Below, one piece after another: positions 14,442 to 24,228 of a DNA stretch of 33,175 nucleotides. The stretch comes from an uncultured Oscillospiraceae bacterium (GTDB lineage: Bacteria > Bacillota > Clostridia > Christensenellales > CAG-138), in NCBI GenBank assembly GCA_964447725.1, contig CAYUUB010000002.1:1-33175 (forward strand), in the 5' to 3' direction. Below the pieces are notes generated by a model. It was not told the DNA's origin. It worked only from the letters and a program-made list of their open reading frames with translations, and did not search any database. Positions within the stretch are counted from its first letter, which is position 1. Every line of letters starts with the position of its first letter. Position numbers and translations under genes: made by a program.

Positions 14442-15821
14442 ATGGAAAAGCTCTGGGCAGGACGCACGGCGGGCGGAAACGCCGCTCTCGCGGATGAACT
14501 GAATCGGTCGATCGCGTTTGATTCGCGCATGTTTGAGCAGGACATCACCGGCTCCATGGCGCACGCGGCCATGCTTGGCGCGCGCGGAATCATCGCAAAA
14601 GAGAGCGCCGAACACATCATCGACGGCCTGCAGGGCATTCTCGACGACATCCGGGCGGGCAAGCTTGCCATCGACCCGAACGCCGAGGATATCCATTCCT
14701 TCGTGGAATTCGAACTCACGCGACGCATCGGCGACGACGGCAGGAAGCTGCATACCGCACGAAGCCGAAACGATCAGGTTGCGCTGGACCTAAAACTCTA
14801 TCTGCAGCAGCAGACGGACGAAGTAAAAGCGCTTGTCAAAGCGCTTTTGCATTCCATCGTAAGCGTAGCGCAGAAGCATACCGAAACGGTCATGCCGGGA
14901 TACACGCATTTACAGCGCGCGCAGCCCGTCTCGTTCGGACACTGGATCCTTGCGTACGCGTTCATGCTCAGCCGGGACGTCACGCGTCTGAAAAACGCGC
15001 AGGCCGGCATGTCGCTTTCCCCGCTCGGCGCCTGTGCGTTCGCGGGGACGACCTATCCGATCGACCGCGAAATGACCGCAAAGCAGCTTGGTTTTTCCGG
15101 CGCGACGCAGAACTCGGTCGATTCCGTTTCGGACCGCGATTTCTGCATTGAGCTGGCCGGCGCGCTGTCGATCCTTATGATGCACCTGTCCCGGTTCTCC
15201 GAGGAGATCGTCCTCTGGTCGAGCTGGGAGTTCCGGTTCGTCGAGCTTGCGGACGACTTTTCCACCGGCTCCTCGATCATGCCGCAGAAAAAAAACTCCG
15301 ACATGGCGGAGCTCGTGCGCGGCAAAACCGGACGGGTGTACGGCGACTTAACGACGCTTTTAACCATGATGAAGGGCCTTCCGCTGGCTTACAACAAGGA
15401 TTTGCAGGAGGACAAGGAGGCGATCTTCGACGCGTTCGACACCGTAAAGCTCTGTCTTTCCGTCTTTGCGCCGATGATCGAAACCATGACCGTCCATCCG
15501 GAAAACATGAAAAAAGCGGCCGCCGAGGGCTTCATCAACGCCACGGACTGCGCCGATTACCTCGTGAAAAAGGGCCTGCCGTTCCGTACGGCGTATAAGA
15601 TCGTCGGCCAGCTCGTCGCGGCCTGCATCCAGGAGCATCAGACGCTCGAAACGCTGCCGATTGCGGAGTACAAACAGTTTTCGGAACTGTTCGAGGACGA
15701 TATCTACACCGCGGTCGATCTGATTCGCTGCGCAAAGTCCCGGACGTCCCAGGGCGGAACGTCCCCCGAATCGGTCGAACAGCAGATTGCCTACCTGACG
15801 GGGTTTATAAACGATGTATAA
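14442..15821 (+). CDS. argH: Argininosuccinate lyase
   Basis: 459 aa with the fumarate-lyase signature GSSIMPQKKNSD and an N-terminal KLWAGR... typical of ArgH. Confidence 0.97.
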   Translation: MEKLWAGRTAGGNAALADELNRSIAFDSRMFEQDITGSMAHAAMLGARGIIAKESAEHIIDGLQGILDDIRAGKLAIDPNAEDIHSFVEFELTRRIGDDGRKLHTARSRNDQVALDLKLYLQQQTDEVKALVKALLHSIVSVAQKHTETVMPGYTHLQRAQPVSFGHWILAYAFMLSRDVTRLKNAQAGMSLSPLGACAFAGTTYPIDREMTAKQLGFSGATQNSVDSVSDRDFCIELAGALSILMMHLSRFSEEIVLWSSWEFRFVELADDFSTGSSIMPQKKNSDMAELVRGKTGRVYGDLTTLLTMMKGLPLAYNKDLQEDKEAIFDAFDTVKLCLSVFAPMIETMTVHPENMKKAAAEGFINATDCADYLVKKGLPFRTAYKIVGQLVAACIQEHQTLETLPIAEYKQFSELFEDDIYTAVDLIRCAKSRTSQGGTSPESVEQQIAYLTGFINDV

Positions 15822-16764
15822 TGTTTTTATCGACGGAAAAGAGGGCACGACCGGTCTAAGGATCTTCGACCGGCTTTCGGACAGAACCGATATCGAGCTG
15901 ATAACGCTCCCCGAGGCAAGGCGCAAGGACGCAAAGAGCCGCGCCGTCGCATTGAACAACTGCGATATCGCGATCCTCTGCCTGCCGGACGCCGCCGCAA
16001 GGGAAGCCGTCTCCCTGATCGAAAACGGACACGTCCGCGTCATCGACGCTTCCACCGCGCACAGGACGGCGCCCGGCTGGGTATACGGTTTCCCCGAATT
16101 GCAGGCCAACGGCTTCCGGAACGTCCAGTCGGCCACGCGCGTCTCCGTTCCCGGATGCCACGCGAGCGGTTTCCTCGCGCTGATTGCGCCGCTTGTGCAA
16201 AACGGCATCCTGAAAAAAGACGCGCTGATCTCCTGCACGTCCCTGACCGGGTACAGCGGCGGCGGACGCAGGATGATCGCCCACTATGAAGCCGACTACC
16301 GGGACGTCCAGTTGAAAGCACCGCGGTTGTACGCGCTCGGGCAGGCGCACAAGCATCTGCCGGAAATGCAGCATTACAGCGATCTGGACACGGCTCCGGC
16401 GTTTCTGCCGATCGTCGCGGACTACCTCTGCGGCATGCTGACGATAATCCCGGTGTTTTCCGCCCAGCTGACGCCGGGAAAGACCGCCGGCGATATAAAA
16501 AGCGTTTATCAGGCGCTCTACGGCGGCCCGCTGATGCAATACCGGGAGCAGATGGACGAAAACGGCTATCTCTCCGGCGGGCGGCTTTCCGGCCTTGACG
16601 GCATGGACGTCAGCGTATCAGGGAACGACGAACGCATCACGCTGCTGGCCCGCTTTGACAATCTCGGTAAAGGCGCGTCCGGCGCGGCAATCGAGTGTTT
16701 GAATATCATGATCGGAGCGAACCCCTACGAAGGGCTCAATCTTGGAAAGGAATCGGAACTTTGA
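15814..16764 (+). CDS. argC: N-acetyl-gamma-glutamyl-phosphate reductase (short form)
   Basis: 316 aa with GKEGTTGLRI nucleotide-binding N-terminus and the catalytic-Cys motif VSVPGCHASG. It overlaps the argH stop by 8 nt. Confidence 0.94.
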   Translation: MYNVFIDGKEGTTGLRIFDRLSDRTDIELITLPEARRKDAKSRAVALNNCDIAILCLPDAAAREAVSLIENGHVRVIDASTAHRTAPGWVYGFPELQANGFRNVQSATRVSVPGCHASGFLALIAPLVQNGILKKDALISCTSLTGYSGGGRRMIAHYEADYRDVQLKAPRLYALGQAHKHLPEMQHYSDLDTAPAFLPIVADYLCGMLTIIPVFSAQLTPGKTAGDIKSVYQALYGGPLMQYREQMDENGYLSGGRLSGLDGMDVSVSGNDERITLLARFDNLGKGASGAAIECLNIMIGANPYEGLNLGKESEL

Positions 16765-17972
16765 AACAGATAGAAGGCGGCGTATGCGCCGCAGCCGGCT
16801 TTACCGCCGCGGGCGTATATTGCGGCATCCGGAAAAATAAAACCAAAAAAGACCTCGCGCTGATTGCAAGCGAAAAACGCGCGGCCTGCGCCTGCGTCTA
16901 TACGCAAAACCTCGTAAAAGGCGCGCCAATCGCCGTTACGAAGCGGAACGTCGCCGACGGATACGCCAGCGCGATCATCTGCAACAGCGGCAACGCCAAC
17001 ACCTGCAACGCAAACGGCGTTGAAATCGCGGAAACGATGTGCGATTTGCTCGGCAAAGCGCTCGGCATTCCGGCTTTCGACGTGGTCGTCGCGTCCACCG
17101 GAGTCATCGGAAAACCGCTCAGTATCGAACCGATCGCTGGCGGTATCCCGTCGCTTATTGAAAGCCTTGGCGACGACAGCGACGGCGCGGCACGCGCCAT
17201 CATGACCACGGACGTAAAGAAAAAGGAAATCGCGGTCGAATTTTCAGTCGGCGGGACAACCTGCAAAATCGGCGGCATCGCCAAGGGCAGCGGCATGATT
17301 CAGCCGAATATGGCGACCATGCTCGGTTTTATCACGACCGACGCCGCAATCAACCCAGCCATGCTGCAAAAAGCGCTCAGTTCCGACGTCCCGGAGAGTT
17401 TCAACATGGTCAGCATCGACGGCGACACCTCGACCAACGATATGGTGACCATCCTCGCAAACGGCATGGCAGGCAACGAAGAAATCGCCGAGGCGGGCGC
17501 GGACTTCGATTCGTTCTGCGCCGCGCTCGGCATGGTCACGCAGTATCTGAGCCGTGCCATCGCGGGCGACGGCGAAGGCGCAAGCAAGCTGCTCATATGC
17601 GCCGTTTCCGGAGCGGCCGGCAAGGGCGACGCAAAGAAGCTGGCAAAGAGCGTCATCAACTCCCCGCTGGTCAAGTGCGCCATGTTCGGCGCGGACGCAA
17701 ACTGGGGCCGCGTCCTCTGCGCGCTCGGTTACGCGGGCGTCGCCGTGGATGTGAACAAGGTCGGCGTCCGTTTTTCGTCGGCGGCAGGCGAAATCGAAGT
17801 CTGCAAAAACGGCATGGGCGTGGACTTTTCGGAGGAACTGGCGAAGGCCGTGCTTTCGGAGAGCGAAATCACCATCGCCGTCACGCTTGGCGACGGGGAT
17901 GCGTCGGCCACCGCGTTCGGCTGCGACCTGACCTATGATTACGTCAAGATCAACGGAGACTACCGGACATGA
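16761..17972 (+). CDS. argJ: Bifunctional glutamate N-acetyltransferase / amino-acid acetyltransferase
   Basis: Autoproteolysis motif PNMATMLGFITTDA. ORF track starts at 16695. I prefer the TTG at 16761 (LKQIEGGVCAAAGF...), which overlaps the argC stop (TTGA) and has GGAAAGG 10 nt upstream. Confidence 0.92.
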   Translation: MKQIEGGVCAAAGFTAAGVYCGIRKNKTKKDLALIASEKRAACACVYTQNLVKGAPIAVTKRNVADGYASAIICNSGNANTCNANGVEIAETMCDLLGKALGIPAFDVVVASTGVIGKPLSIEPIAGGIPSLIESLGDDSDGAARAIMTTDVKKKEIAVEFSVGGTTCKIGGIAKGSGMIQPNMATMLGFITTDAAINPAMLQKALSSDVPESFNMVSIDGDTSTNDMVTILANGMAGNEEIAEAGADFDSFCAALGMVTQYLSRAIAGDGEGASKLLICAVSGAAGKGDAKKLAKSVINSPLVKCAMFGADANWGRVLCALGYAGVAVDVNKVGVRFSSAAGEIEVCKNGMGVDFSEELAKAVLSESEITIAVTLGDGDASATAFGCDLTYDYVKINGDYRT

Positions 17973-18823
17973 TCATCGATATCGCAAAGCGCGCGGAAGT
18001 GCTGATTCAGGCGCTGCCGTACATTCAAAACTATTACGGCAAAACCGTCGTGGTCAAATACGGCGGCAGCGCCATGGAGGACGAAGCGCTGCAAAAGGCG
18101 GTCATGGGCGACGTCGTGCTGCTCACGCTCGTTGGCGTAAAGATCGTCCTGGTTCACGGCGGCGGGCCGGCGCTCAGCGCCATGCTCAAGCGCCTCGGCA
18201 AGGAGAGCACGTTCGTCAACGGCCTTCGCGTGACCGACCGGGAAACCGTGGACGTTGCGCAGATGGTGCTCGCGGGCAAGGTCAACAAGGGGCTCGTCAA
18301 CCTGATTCAGAACGTCGGCGGTTCCGCGGTCGGCCTCTCCGGCATGGACGGGCACCTCATCGAAGCAAAAATGAAGGACGAAGCGCTCGGCTATGTCGGC
18401 CAGATCGTCGCCATCCATCCGGAACCGATCGTCGACCTGCTGGAAAAGGGTTATATCCCCGTTGTCTCCACGCTCGGCTGCGACAAGGAGGGCAACATCT
18501 ACAACGTCAACGCCGATACCGCGGCAGCCTATATCGCGGGCGCGCTGGAAGCGGAGAGCCTGATCAGCCTGACCGACATCAAGGGCGTGCTGCGGGACCG
18601 CGGCGATCCGCAGTCGCTGATTACGCGCATCCATTTGGACGAAATCGCGTCGCTGGAAGAGACGGGCGTCGTCACCGGCGGCATGATCCCGAAACTCGAA
18701 TGCTGCGTCCACGCCGTCGAACAGGGCGCCAAACGCGCATTTATCATCGACGGCCGCGTGCCGCACTCCATCCTCATCGAGATGCTGACGGACGAGGGCA
18801 TCGGCACGATGGTAACGCAATAA
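17969..18823 (+). CDS. argB: Acetylglutamate kinase
   Basis: 284 aa with ALPYIQNYYGKTVVVKYGGSAM and ATGA overlap with the argJ stop. Confidence 0.96.
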   Translation: MIIDIAKRAEVLIQALPYIQNYYGKTVVVKYGGSAMEDEALQKAVMGDVVLLTLVGVKIVLVHGGGPALSAMLKRLGKESTFVNGLRVTDRETVDVAQMVLAGKVNKGLVNLIQNVGGSAVGLSGMDGHLIEAKMKDEALGYVGQIVAIHPEPIVDLLEKGYIPVVSTLGCDKEGNIYNVNADTAAAYIAGALEAESLISLTDIKGVLRDRGDPQSLITRIHLDEIASLEETGVVTGGMIPKLECCVHAVEQGAKRAFIIDGRVPHSILIEMLTDEGIGTMVTQ

Positions 18824-18847
18824 CGCAGCCGCAAGGAGGGCAATCTT

Positions 18848-20038
18848 TTGACAAATCAGGATGTAATGCAGTTAACCGACGAACATATTCTCGCAACTTA
18901 TGCGCGTTTTCCCATTGCGCTCGAGCACGGCGAAGGGGCAACGCTGTACGATTTCGACGGAAAGCGTTATGTTGACTTCGCCGCGGGGATCGGCGTCTGT
19001 TCGCTCGGCTACGGCAACGAAAGCTGGCTTGACGCCATCGTTTCGCAGGCGAAAAAGCTGCAGCATGTTTCCAATCTGTACTATACCGAGCCCGCGGCGC
19101 AGCTTGCAAAAGCGCTGTGCGAACGGGCCGATATGTCCGGCGCGTTTTTCTGCAATTCCGGCGCGGAGTCCAACGAAGCCGCGATCAAACTTGCGCGCAA
19201 GTATGCGTTCGACAAATACCGCACCGGCAGAAATACGATCGTCACACTGAACCGGTCCTTTCACGGGCGAACGGTCACAACGCTCGCCGCAACCGGGCAG
19301 GACGCGTTTCACAACTACTTTTTCCCGTTTACCGAAGGGTTCCGCTACGCAAACGCGAACGATGTCGAAAGCGTGAAAGCCGCCTGCTGCAACGGCGACG
19401 TCTGCGCCGTTATGATGGAGCTTATCCAGGGCGAAGGCGGCGTGCTCCCCCTCGAAAAGGAGTTCGTGCAGGAGGTTGCGGCGTTCTGCCGCACGCAGGA
19501 TATCCTGCTGCTCGTTGACGAGGTGCAGACCGGCGTCGGACGCACGGGCACGCTCTTTTGCTATCAGCAGTACGGCATTCAGCCGGACGTGGTCAGTTTT
19601 GCAAAAGGCATAGCGGGCGGTCTTCCGTTCGGCGGCATTCTGGCCAACGCGCGTTGCGCGGGTGTTTTTTCGGCAGGCACGCACGCGACGACCTTCGGCG
19701 GAAACCCGGTGTGCGCGGCGGGTGCAAACGCCGTACTCGGCACGCTTACGCCGGAATTTCTCGCCGACGTTGCGAAAAAAGGCGACTATATCCGCTCGAA
19801 AGTGAAAAAAATGGACCTGCCGATGGTCACCAGCATCCGCGGTCTCGGCCTCATGGTCGGAATCGGCGTGTCGGTTTCCCACAAGGAAGCCGTGTCCAAG
19901 CTGGTTCAAAACGGCCTGCTCGCGCTCACCGCGGGCAGCGACACCATCCGTTTCCTGCCGCCGCTGGTGATTACTTATGATGAAATCGATAAAGGTCTCG
20001 CGATCTTTGAAGCAACAATGGGAGGTTATGCAAAATGA
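18848..20038 (+). CDS. argD: Acetylornithine aminotransferase
   Basis: 396-aa class-III aminotransferase with the PLP-lysine context [15 protein letters not shown] start with AGGAGGG 7 nt upstream. Confidence 0.93.
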   Translation: MTNQDVMQLTDEHILATYARFPIALEHGEGATLYDFDGKRYVDFAAGIGVCSLGYGNESWLDAIVSQAKKLQHVSNLYYTEPAAQLAKALCERADMSGAFFCNSGAESNEAAIKLARKYAFDKYRTGRNTIVTLNRSFHGRTVTTLAATGQDAFHNYFFPFTEGFRYANANDVESVKAACCNGDVCAVMMELIQGEGGVLPLEKEFVQEVAAFCRTQDILLLVDEVQTGVGRTGTLFCYQQYGIQPDVVSFAKGIAGGLPFGGILANARCAGVFSAGTHATTFGGNPVCAAGANAVLGTLTPEFLADVAKKGDYIRSKVKKMDLPMVTSIRGLGLMVGIGVSVSHKEAVSKLVQNGLLALTAGSDTIRFLPPLVITYDEIDKGLAIFEATMGGYAK

Positions 20039-21018
20039 ATCTCAAAGGAAAGAACTTTTTGAAGCTGCTGGACTTTTCCGCAGAGGAAATCAACGGCCTG
20101 CTCGACTTGTCCGCGGAGTTAAAAGCCCAAAAACAGTCCGGCATCCCGCACGACACCCTGCGCGGCAAAAACGTTGCGCTGATCTTTGAAAAAACCAGCA
20201 CGCGGACGCGTTGCGCCTTCGAGGTCGCGTCGTTCGATCTCGGCATGCACGCGACCTATCTCGATCCTTCCGGATCGCAGATCGGCAAAAAGGAAAGCAT
20301 TGCCGATACGGCACGCGTGCTCGGCAGAATGTACAACGGCATCGAATACCGCGGCTTCGGCCAGAGCATCGTGGAAGAGCTGGCAGCCTACGCGGGCGTA
20401 CCCGTCTGGAACGGGCTGACGACGGAATTTCACCCGACGCAGGTGCTCGCCGATCTGATGACGATCAAGGAAAAGTTCGGCAAGCTCAAGGGAGTCAAGC
20501 TGGCATACTGCGGCGACGCCCGGTTCAACATGGGCAATTCGCTCATGGTCGGCTGCGCCAAGATGGGCCTGGATTTCGTCGCCTGCGCGCCGAAGAAATA
20601 TTTCCCGCAGCAGGCGCTGACCGATACGTGCCTCGGGCTTTGCAAGCAGAGCGGCGGCAGCATCACGCAGACGGAGGATATTGCCGCCGGCGTAAAGGAC
20701 GCGGACGTGATCTATACCGACGTCTGGGTCTCCATGGGCGAACCGATGGAGGTCTGGGCGGAGCGCATCAAGGACCTCGCGCCGTATCAGGTCAACGCGG
20801 ACGTTATGAAGCTGGCAAAGCCGAACGCCGTTTTCATGCACTGCCTGCCGTCCTTCCACGACCTGAACACCGGCATCGGCAAAGAGATGGGCACGCATTT
20901 CGGCCGCGATTCCATGGAAGTTTCGGACGATGTGTTCAATTCTCCCCAGTCCGTCGTCTTCGACGAAGCGGAAAACCGTATGCACACCATCAAGGCCGTC
21001 ATGGCTGCGACACTGTAA
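20035..21018 (+). CDS. argF: Ornithine carbamoyltransferase
   Basis: 327 aa with the [13 protein letters not shown] and HCLPSFH motifs. ATGA overlap with the argD stop. Confidence 0.95.
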   Translation: MNLKGKNFLKLLDFSAEEINGLLDLSAELKAQKQSGIPHDTLRGKNVALIFEKTSTRTRCAFEVASFDLGMHATYLDPSGSQIGKKESIADTARVLGRMYNGIEYRGFGQSIVEELAAYAGVPVWNGLTTEFHPTQVLADLMTIKEKFGKLKGVKLAYCGDARFNMGNSLMVGCAKMGLDFVACAPKKYFPQQALTDTCLGLCKQSGGSITQTEDIAAGVKDADVIYTDVWVSMGEPMEVWAERIKDLAPYQVNADVMKLAKPNAVFMHCLPSFHDLNTGIGKEMGTHFGRDSMEVSDDVFNSPQSVVFDEAENRMHTIKAVMAATL

Positions 21019-21041
21019 CGCGTTTTCGCACAGCATCGAAC

Positions 21042-21075
21042 AAAAAACGGGAAATCGTGCGATTTCCCGTTTTTT
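21042..21075. terminator. Bidirectional rho-independent terminator (argF and the convergent small gene)
   Basis: An 11-bp stem AACGGGAAATC-GTGC-GATTTCCCGTT spans 21046-21071. It is flanked by an A-run on the left and TTTTTT on the right. Confidence 0.85.
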
Positions 21076-21087
21076 GTCCGTCTTTCG

Positions 21088-21258
21088 TTACATTCCTTTT
21101 ACGATGTTTCCAAGCAAAAGCAACACATAACCGATCAGTACAATAAAGGCGCTCAGGAGCTGCCCGATCGGCAGCGCGCCGAACACGCCCAGCATGCCGA
21201 TGACAAAGACGATAACGGAAATCCAGAATACGACCTTTTTCGGTGCATTTAGCCTCAT
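21088..21258 (-). CDS. Small (56 aa) two-helix membrane protein, not in the ORF track (<60 aa)
   Basis: Hand translation gives MRLNAPKKVVFWISVIVFVIGMLGVFGALPIGQLLSAFIVLIGYVLLLLGNIVKGM*. GGAGG lies 8 nt upstream of the ATG at 21258, and the TAA stop is at 21088-21090, immediately before the bidirectional terminator. Confidence 0.6.
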   Translation of the reverse strand: MRLNAPKKVVFWISVIVFVIGMLGVFGALPIGQLLSAFIVLIGYVLLLLGNIVKGM

Positions 21259-21451
21259 TTTATTTACCTCCGTACAGTTGTTTGTTTATGCGCGGCTCTT
21301 TTCATCCTTTGCGAACCGCTTTGGTTGTTCTAAGTATATATTACATCATTTCAAAGGCAATTGCTATCAAAATCTGATTTTCGGAAGATTATGTAACATA
21401 TTTGTCGCAGCATCGCGCACTTTGGCGCAGGCTCCCGCGCCGGCACCCGGG

Positions 21452-22237
21452 CTATGCTTCTTTGGGGAATCCCAGTCGTTCGGAAATTGACCGGGCGGCG
21501 TCTTTCACCAGCTCGGCATTTTTTGATACGCTCTCCCTGTCCTTCATCCGCGAAGACGGCGTGGAGATACTGATTGCCGCGACCGTTATCCCATAGTGGT
21601 TGTGAATCGCCGCCGCCACGCAGCGCACGCCGAGTTCGTGTTCCTCAATGTCGAGCGCATAACCGCGCTTCCTGATCCTGTTTGTTTCGCGCTTCATCTG
21701 TTCCAGGGATACGATCGTGTTGTTCGTATAGCGCACAACCTTCAGATCAGGCCAGCGGTCCATCAGCTCCTCGTCCGTCCATGCGGACATCAGGACCTTC
21801 CCCGCGCCGGTACAGTACAGCGGTCCGCGCATCCCTGTTCGCGAGCCCATGCGTACGATGTTGACGCCGGGGTCTTCCTTATGCAGATACAGCAGCCCGT
21901 TGCCGTCCTGAATCGCAAGATGGACGACCTCCAGCGTCTGCGCGGAGAGCGTTTCCATCGCAGGCTTCGCCGCCGCAAGGAGGCTGTTTTCCACAATGGC
22001 GCCGCTCCCGATTTCAAACATCCGCATCGTCAGCCGGTAGCGCCCGCTTTCATGGTCCTTGCAGACATACCCGCGCGCAGACAACGATGCCAGCAGCCTG
22101 TGCACGGTGCTGACATGGAGTTTCACTGCCGGAGCGATTTCGCTGAGCAGCATGCCGCGCGGAGATTTGGACAACGTTTCAATGATGTCCAGAACCCGGT
22201 CGATCACCTGTACCGGCCCTTGTGAAGCTTGACTCAT
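21452..22237 (-). CDS. IclR-family transcriptional regulator (KdgR-like by context)
   Basis: N-terminal winged HTH VIDRVLDIIETLSKSPRGMLLSEIAPAVKLHVSTVHRLLASLSARGYV and an IclR effector domain (GVRCVAAAIHNHYGITVAAISISTP). ORF track starts at 22282. I prefer the ATG at 22237 (MSQASQGP...), because the longer form would run through the palindromic operator candidate. The gene is divergent from eda-kdgK. Confidence 0.9.
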   Translation of the reverse strand: MSQASQGPVQVIDRVLDIIETLSKSPRGMLLSEIAPAVKLHVSTVHRLLASLSARGYVCKDHESGRYRLTMRMFEIGSGAIVENSLLAAAKPAMETLSAQTLEVVHLAIQDGNGLLYLHKEDPGVNIVRMGSRTGMRGPLYCTGAGKVLMSAWTDEELMDRWPDLKVVRYTNNTIVSLEQMKRETNRIRKRGYALDIEEHELGVRCVAAAIHNHYGITVAAISISTPSSRMKDRESVSKNAELVKDAARSISERLGFPKEA

Positions 22238-22252
22238 ACTCCGTTCCCTTTT

Positions 22253-22267
22253 TTCCATATTATGGAA
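22253..22267. promoter_or_regulatory. Perfect 15-bp palindrome TTCCATA-T-TATGGAA, candidate IclR/KdgR operator
   Basis: The palindrome lies 16 nt upstream of the preferred regulator ATG. It shares the TTyCAT...ATGrAA pattern with three further sites in the same intergenic region. Confidence 0.45.
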
Positions 22268-22284
22268 TGCATCCGCGTCCACGT

Positions 22285-22299
22285 TTTCATATCGTGATA
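22285..22299. promoter_or_regulatory. Operator-like site TTTCATATCGTGATA
   Basis: Second, imperfect copy of the 15-bp motif, 17 nt from the first. Confidence 0.3.
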
Positions 22300-22325
22300 G
22301 TTCCCTTCAATTCGGCGCTTATCGA

Positions 22326-22354
22326 TTGACAGTCGGCTTGAGTTCGATTATAAA
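22326..22354 (+). promoter_or_regulatory. Sigma-70-type promoter of eda-kdgK
   Basis: TTGACA (22326-22331), a 17-nt spacer, then TATAAA (22349-22354). It lies about 70 nt upstream of the eda ATG. Confidence 0.6.
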
Positions 22355-22364
22355 GAAATCGTCT

Positions 22365-22399
22365 TTTCATGTAGTAATATCAATTATCATATTATGAAA
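22365..22399. promoter_or_regulatory. Two adjacent operator-like sites TTTCATGTAGTAATA and TATCATATTATGAAA just downstream of the eda promoter
   Basis: The sites are at 22365-22379 and 22385-22399. The second shares the core CATATTATG with the perfect palindrome at 22253. Their position at about +5 to +40 of the predicted transcript fits a repressor roadblock. Confidence 0.4.
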
Positions 22400-22427
22400 T
22401 CGTTCGTTATGCAAGGAGGCGTTTTAC

Positions 22428-23078
22428 ATGCGTGAAAACACAATTGAACAAATATTGAAGGAAAAGGTGATCGCCATTGTCCGCGGCGTCGGCCCGGCGC
22501 AATGCCTGCGCGTTGCAGAAGCGCTCTATCAGGGCGGCATACGGCTTGCCGAGATAACGTTTAATCTGAACGATCCCGGTTCGTTCAGGGAAACGGCGGG
22601 CGCAATCTCCGCAATCGGCAGGGCCTATGCGGGAAAAATGCTTTGCGGCGCAGGCACGGTTACATCCGAAGAGCTTGTCGACCTTGCGGCGGACGCGGGC
22701 GCGGCGTACATCATTTCGCCGGATTCCAATCCCGCCGTCATCCGGCGCACGCTGGAGCGCAAAATTGTTTCGATCCCGGGTGCGATGACGCCGACGGAGG
22801 TTCTGGCCGCGCACGGCGCCGGGGCGGATTTCGTGAAGCTGTTTCCCGCCGCCGCGCTCGGAACCGGCTACATCAAGGCGATCCGGGCCCCCATCAACCA
22901 CGTCCGCCTGCTTGCGGTCGGCGGTGTAAACGAAAAAAACATCGGCGCATTTCTGGCCGCCGGGCTGTACGGCGCGGGCGTGGGCGGGAACCTTGCCAAC
23001 AAAGCGTGGATTCAGGCGGGCGAATATGAGCGCATCACCGCGGCGGCAAAAGAACTCGTCGCGGCAGCGAACGTTTAA
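22428..23078 (+). CDS. eda: 2-dehydro-3-deoxyphosphogluconate (KDPG) / 4-hydroxy-2-oxoglutarate aldolase
   Basis: 216 aa with IAIVRG, EITFN, GAGTV, PGAMTPTE and the Schiff-base lysine context GADFVKLFPA. AAGGAGG lies 8 nt upstream. Confidence 0.92.
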   Translation: MRENTIEQILKEKVIAIVRGVGPAQCLRVAEALYQGGIRLAEITFNLNDPGSFRETAGAISAIGRAYAGKMLCGAGTVTSEELVDLAADAGAAYIISPDSNPAVIRRTLERKIVSIPGAMTPTEVLAAHGAGADFVKLFPAAALGTGYIKAIRAPINHVRLLAVGGVNEKNIGAFLAAGLYGAGVGGNLANKAWIQAGEYERITAAAKELVAAANV

Positions 23079-23091
23079 GGAGGACACGAAA

Positions 23092-24117
23092 ATGGCGAAA
23101 CGAATCGTTACATTCGGCGAAATCATGATGCGTCTCAACCCGTTTGGATATGAACGCTTTGTTCAGGCGGACCGTTTCGAAGTCAGCTTTGCAGGAGGCG
23201 AAGCGAACGTTGCCGTTTCTCTTGCGAATTTCGGTATGGACGCGGCGTTTGTGAGCAAGCTGCCCGGCCATGAAATTGGCCGGAGCGCCGTCAACGCGCT
23301 GCGCCGTTACGGCGTGGACACGTCGGGCATCGTCCGCGGCGGCGATCGTCTCGGCGTGTATTATGTGGAAAAGGGCGCTTCCCAGCGCCCGTCCAAGGTC
23401 ATTTACGACCGCGCCGGTTCCGCAATCGCTCTCGCAAAAACGACCGATTTTGACTGGAACACGATTTTTGACGGTGCGAGCTGGTTTCACTGGACCGGCA
23501 TCACGCCCGCGCTCGGCGGCGAACTGCCGGATATCTGCCTTGCCGCATGCAAGGCGGCCAAAGAACACGGCGTAACGATCTCCTGCGACCTGAACTACCG
23601 CAAGAAGCTTTGGTCTGCCGAAGCCGCCGGAAGATGCATGGCCACCCTTATGCCGTACGTCGACGTCTGCATTGCAAACGAAGCGGACGCAAAAGACGTC
23701 TTCGGCATCGAGGCTGAAAACACCGACGTCGAGAGCGGTGCCTTGAATCACAAAGGATATATCAGCGTGGCGCGCCAGCTTTCCGGGCGGTTCGGCTGCA
23801 AAAAAATCGCCGTCACGCTCCGCGGAAGCCTGTCCGCGACGGACAACGACTGGGCCGGCATGCTTTACAGCGGGGACGGCGCCGTCTTCTCTCCGACGTA
23901 CCGCGTGCATATCGTGGACCGTGTCGGCGGCGGCGACAGCTTCGCCGCGGCGCTGATCTACAGCCAGCTGACCGGAATGGACGACCAGGACGCAATCAAC
24001 TTCGCCGTTGCGGCAAGCTGCCTAAAACACAGCATCGAACACGATTTCAATCTGGTTTCCGTCGACGAAGTCCGGTCGCTTGCGGCGGGCAATGCGTCCG
24101 GCCGGGTCCAGCGCTGA
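23092..24117 (+). CDS. kdgK: 2-dehydro-3-deoxygluconokinase (PfkB family)
   Basis: ORF track starts at 22993. The ATG at 23092 (MAKRIVTFGEIMMRLNP...) has AAGGAGG upstream. PfkB motifs are FAGGEANVAVSLA and the C-terminal VGGGDSFAAALIY. Confidence 0.92.
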   Translation: MAKRIVTFGEIMMRLNPFGYERFVQADRFEVSFAGGEANVAVSLANFGMDAAFVSKLPGHEIGRSAVNALRRYGVDTSGIVRGGDRLGVYYVEKGASQRPSKVIYDRAGSAIALAKTTDFDWNTIFDGASWFHWTGITPALGGELPDICLAACKAAKEHGVTISCDLNYRKKLWSAEAAGRCMATLMPYVDVCIANEADAKDVFGIEAENTDVESGALNHKGYISVARQLSGRFGCKKIAVTLRGSLSATDNDWAGMLYSGDGAVFSPTYRVHIVDRVGGGDSFAAALIYSQLTGMDDQDAINFAVAASCLKHSIEHDFNLVSVDEVRSLAAGNASGRVQR

Positions 24118-24172
24118 CCGCTTTTGCGCATGGCGCATTTTTATATATTTTATATTTTTTATCGGAAAAGCC

Positions 24173-24201
24173 TTGCATCCAAACCGAATTCGTGGTATCT
24201 T
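24173..24201 (+). promoter_or_regulatory. Candidate promoter of the aro operon leader
   Basis: TTGCAT (24173-24178), a 17-nt spacer, then TATCTT (24196-24201), with TG two positions upstream of the -10 (extended -10). It is preceded by a T/A-rich UP-like tract at 24138-24162. Confidence 0.45.
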
Positions 24202-24228
24202 GACTAAAACAAATTGAGGAAGAAGCGC

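Noticed and set aside
13186-20038. Long antisense or alternative-frame ORFs inside the arg operon. Examples are 13186..14073(-), 15360..16238(-), 17935..18975(+, 346 aa, extremely Arg-rich), 17960..18820(-) and 18872..19909(-).
   Set aside because: Each overlaps a plus-strand gene with textbook enzyme signatures. Their Arg/Ala/Gly-rich composition is what off-frame translation of about 65% GC DNA produces.
24118-24150. TGCGC-ATG-GCGCA hairpin followed by TTTTT, considered as the kdgK terminator
   Set aside because: The stem is 5 bp with a 3-nt loop, which is marginal. It may contribute, but I cannot support it as a feature. Read-through into the aro leader cannot be excluded.
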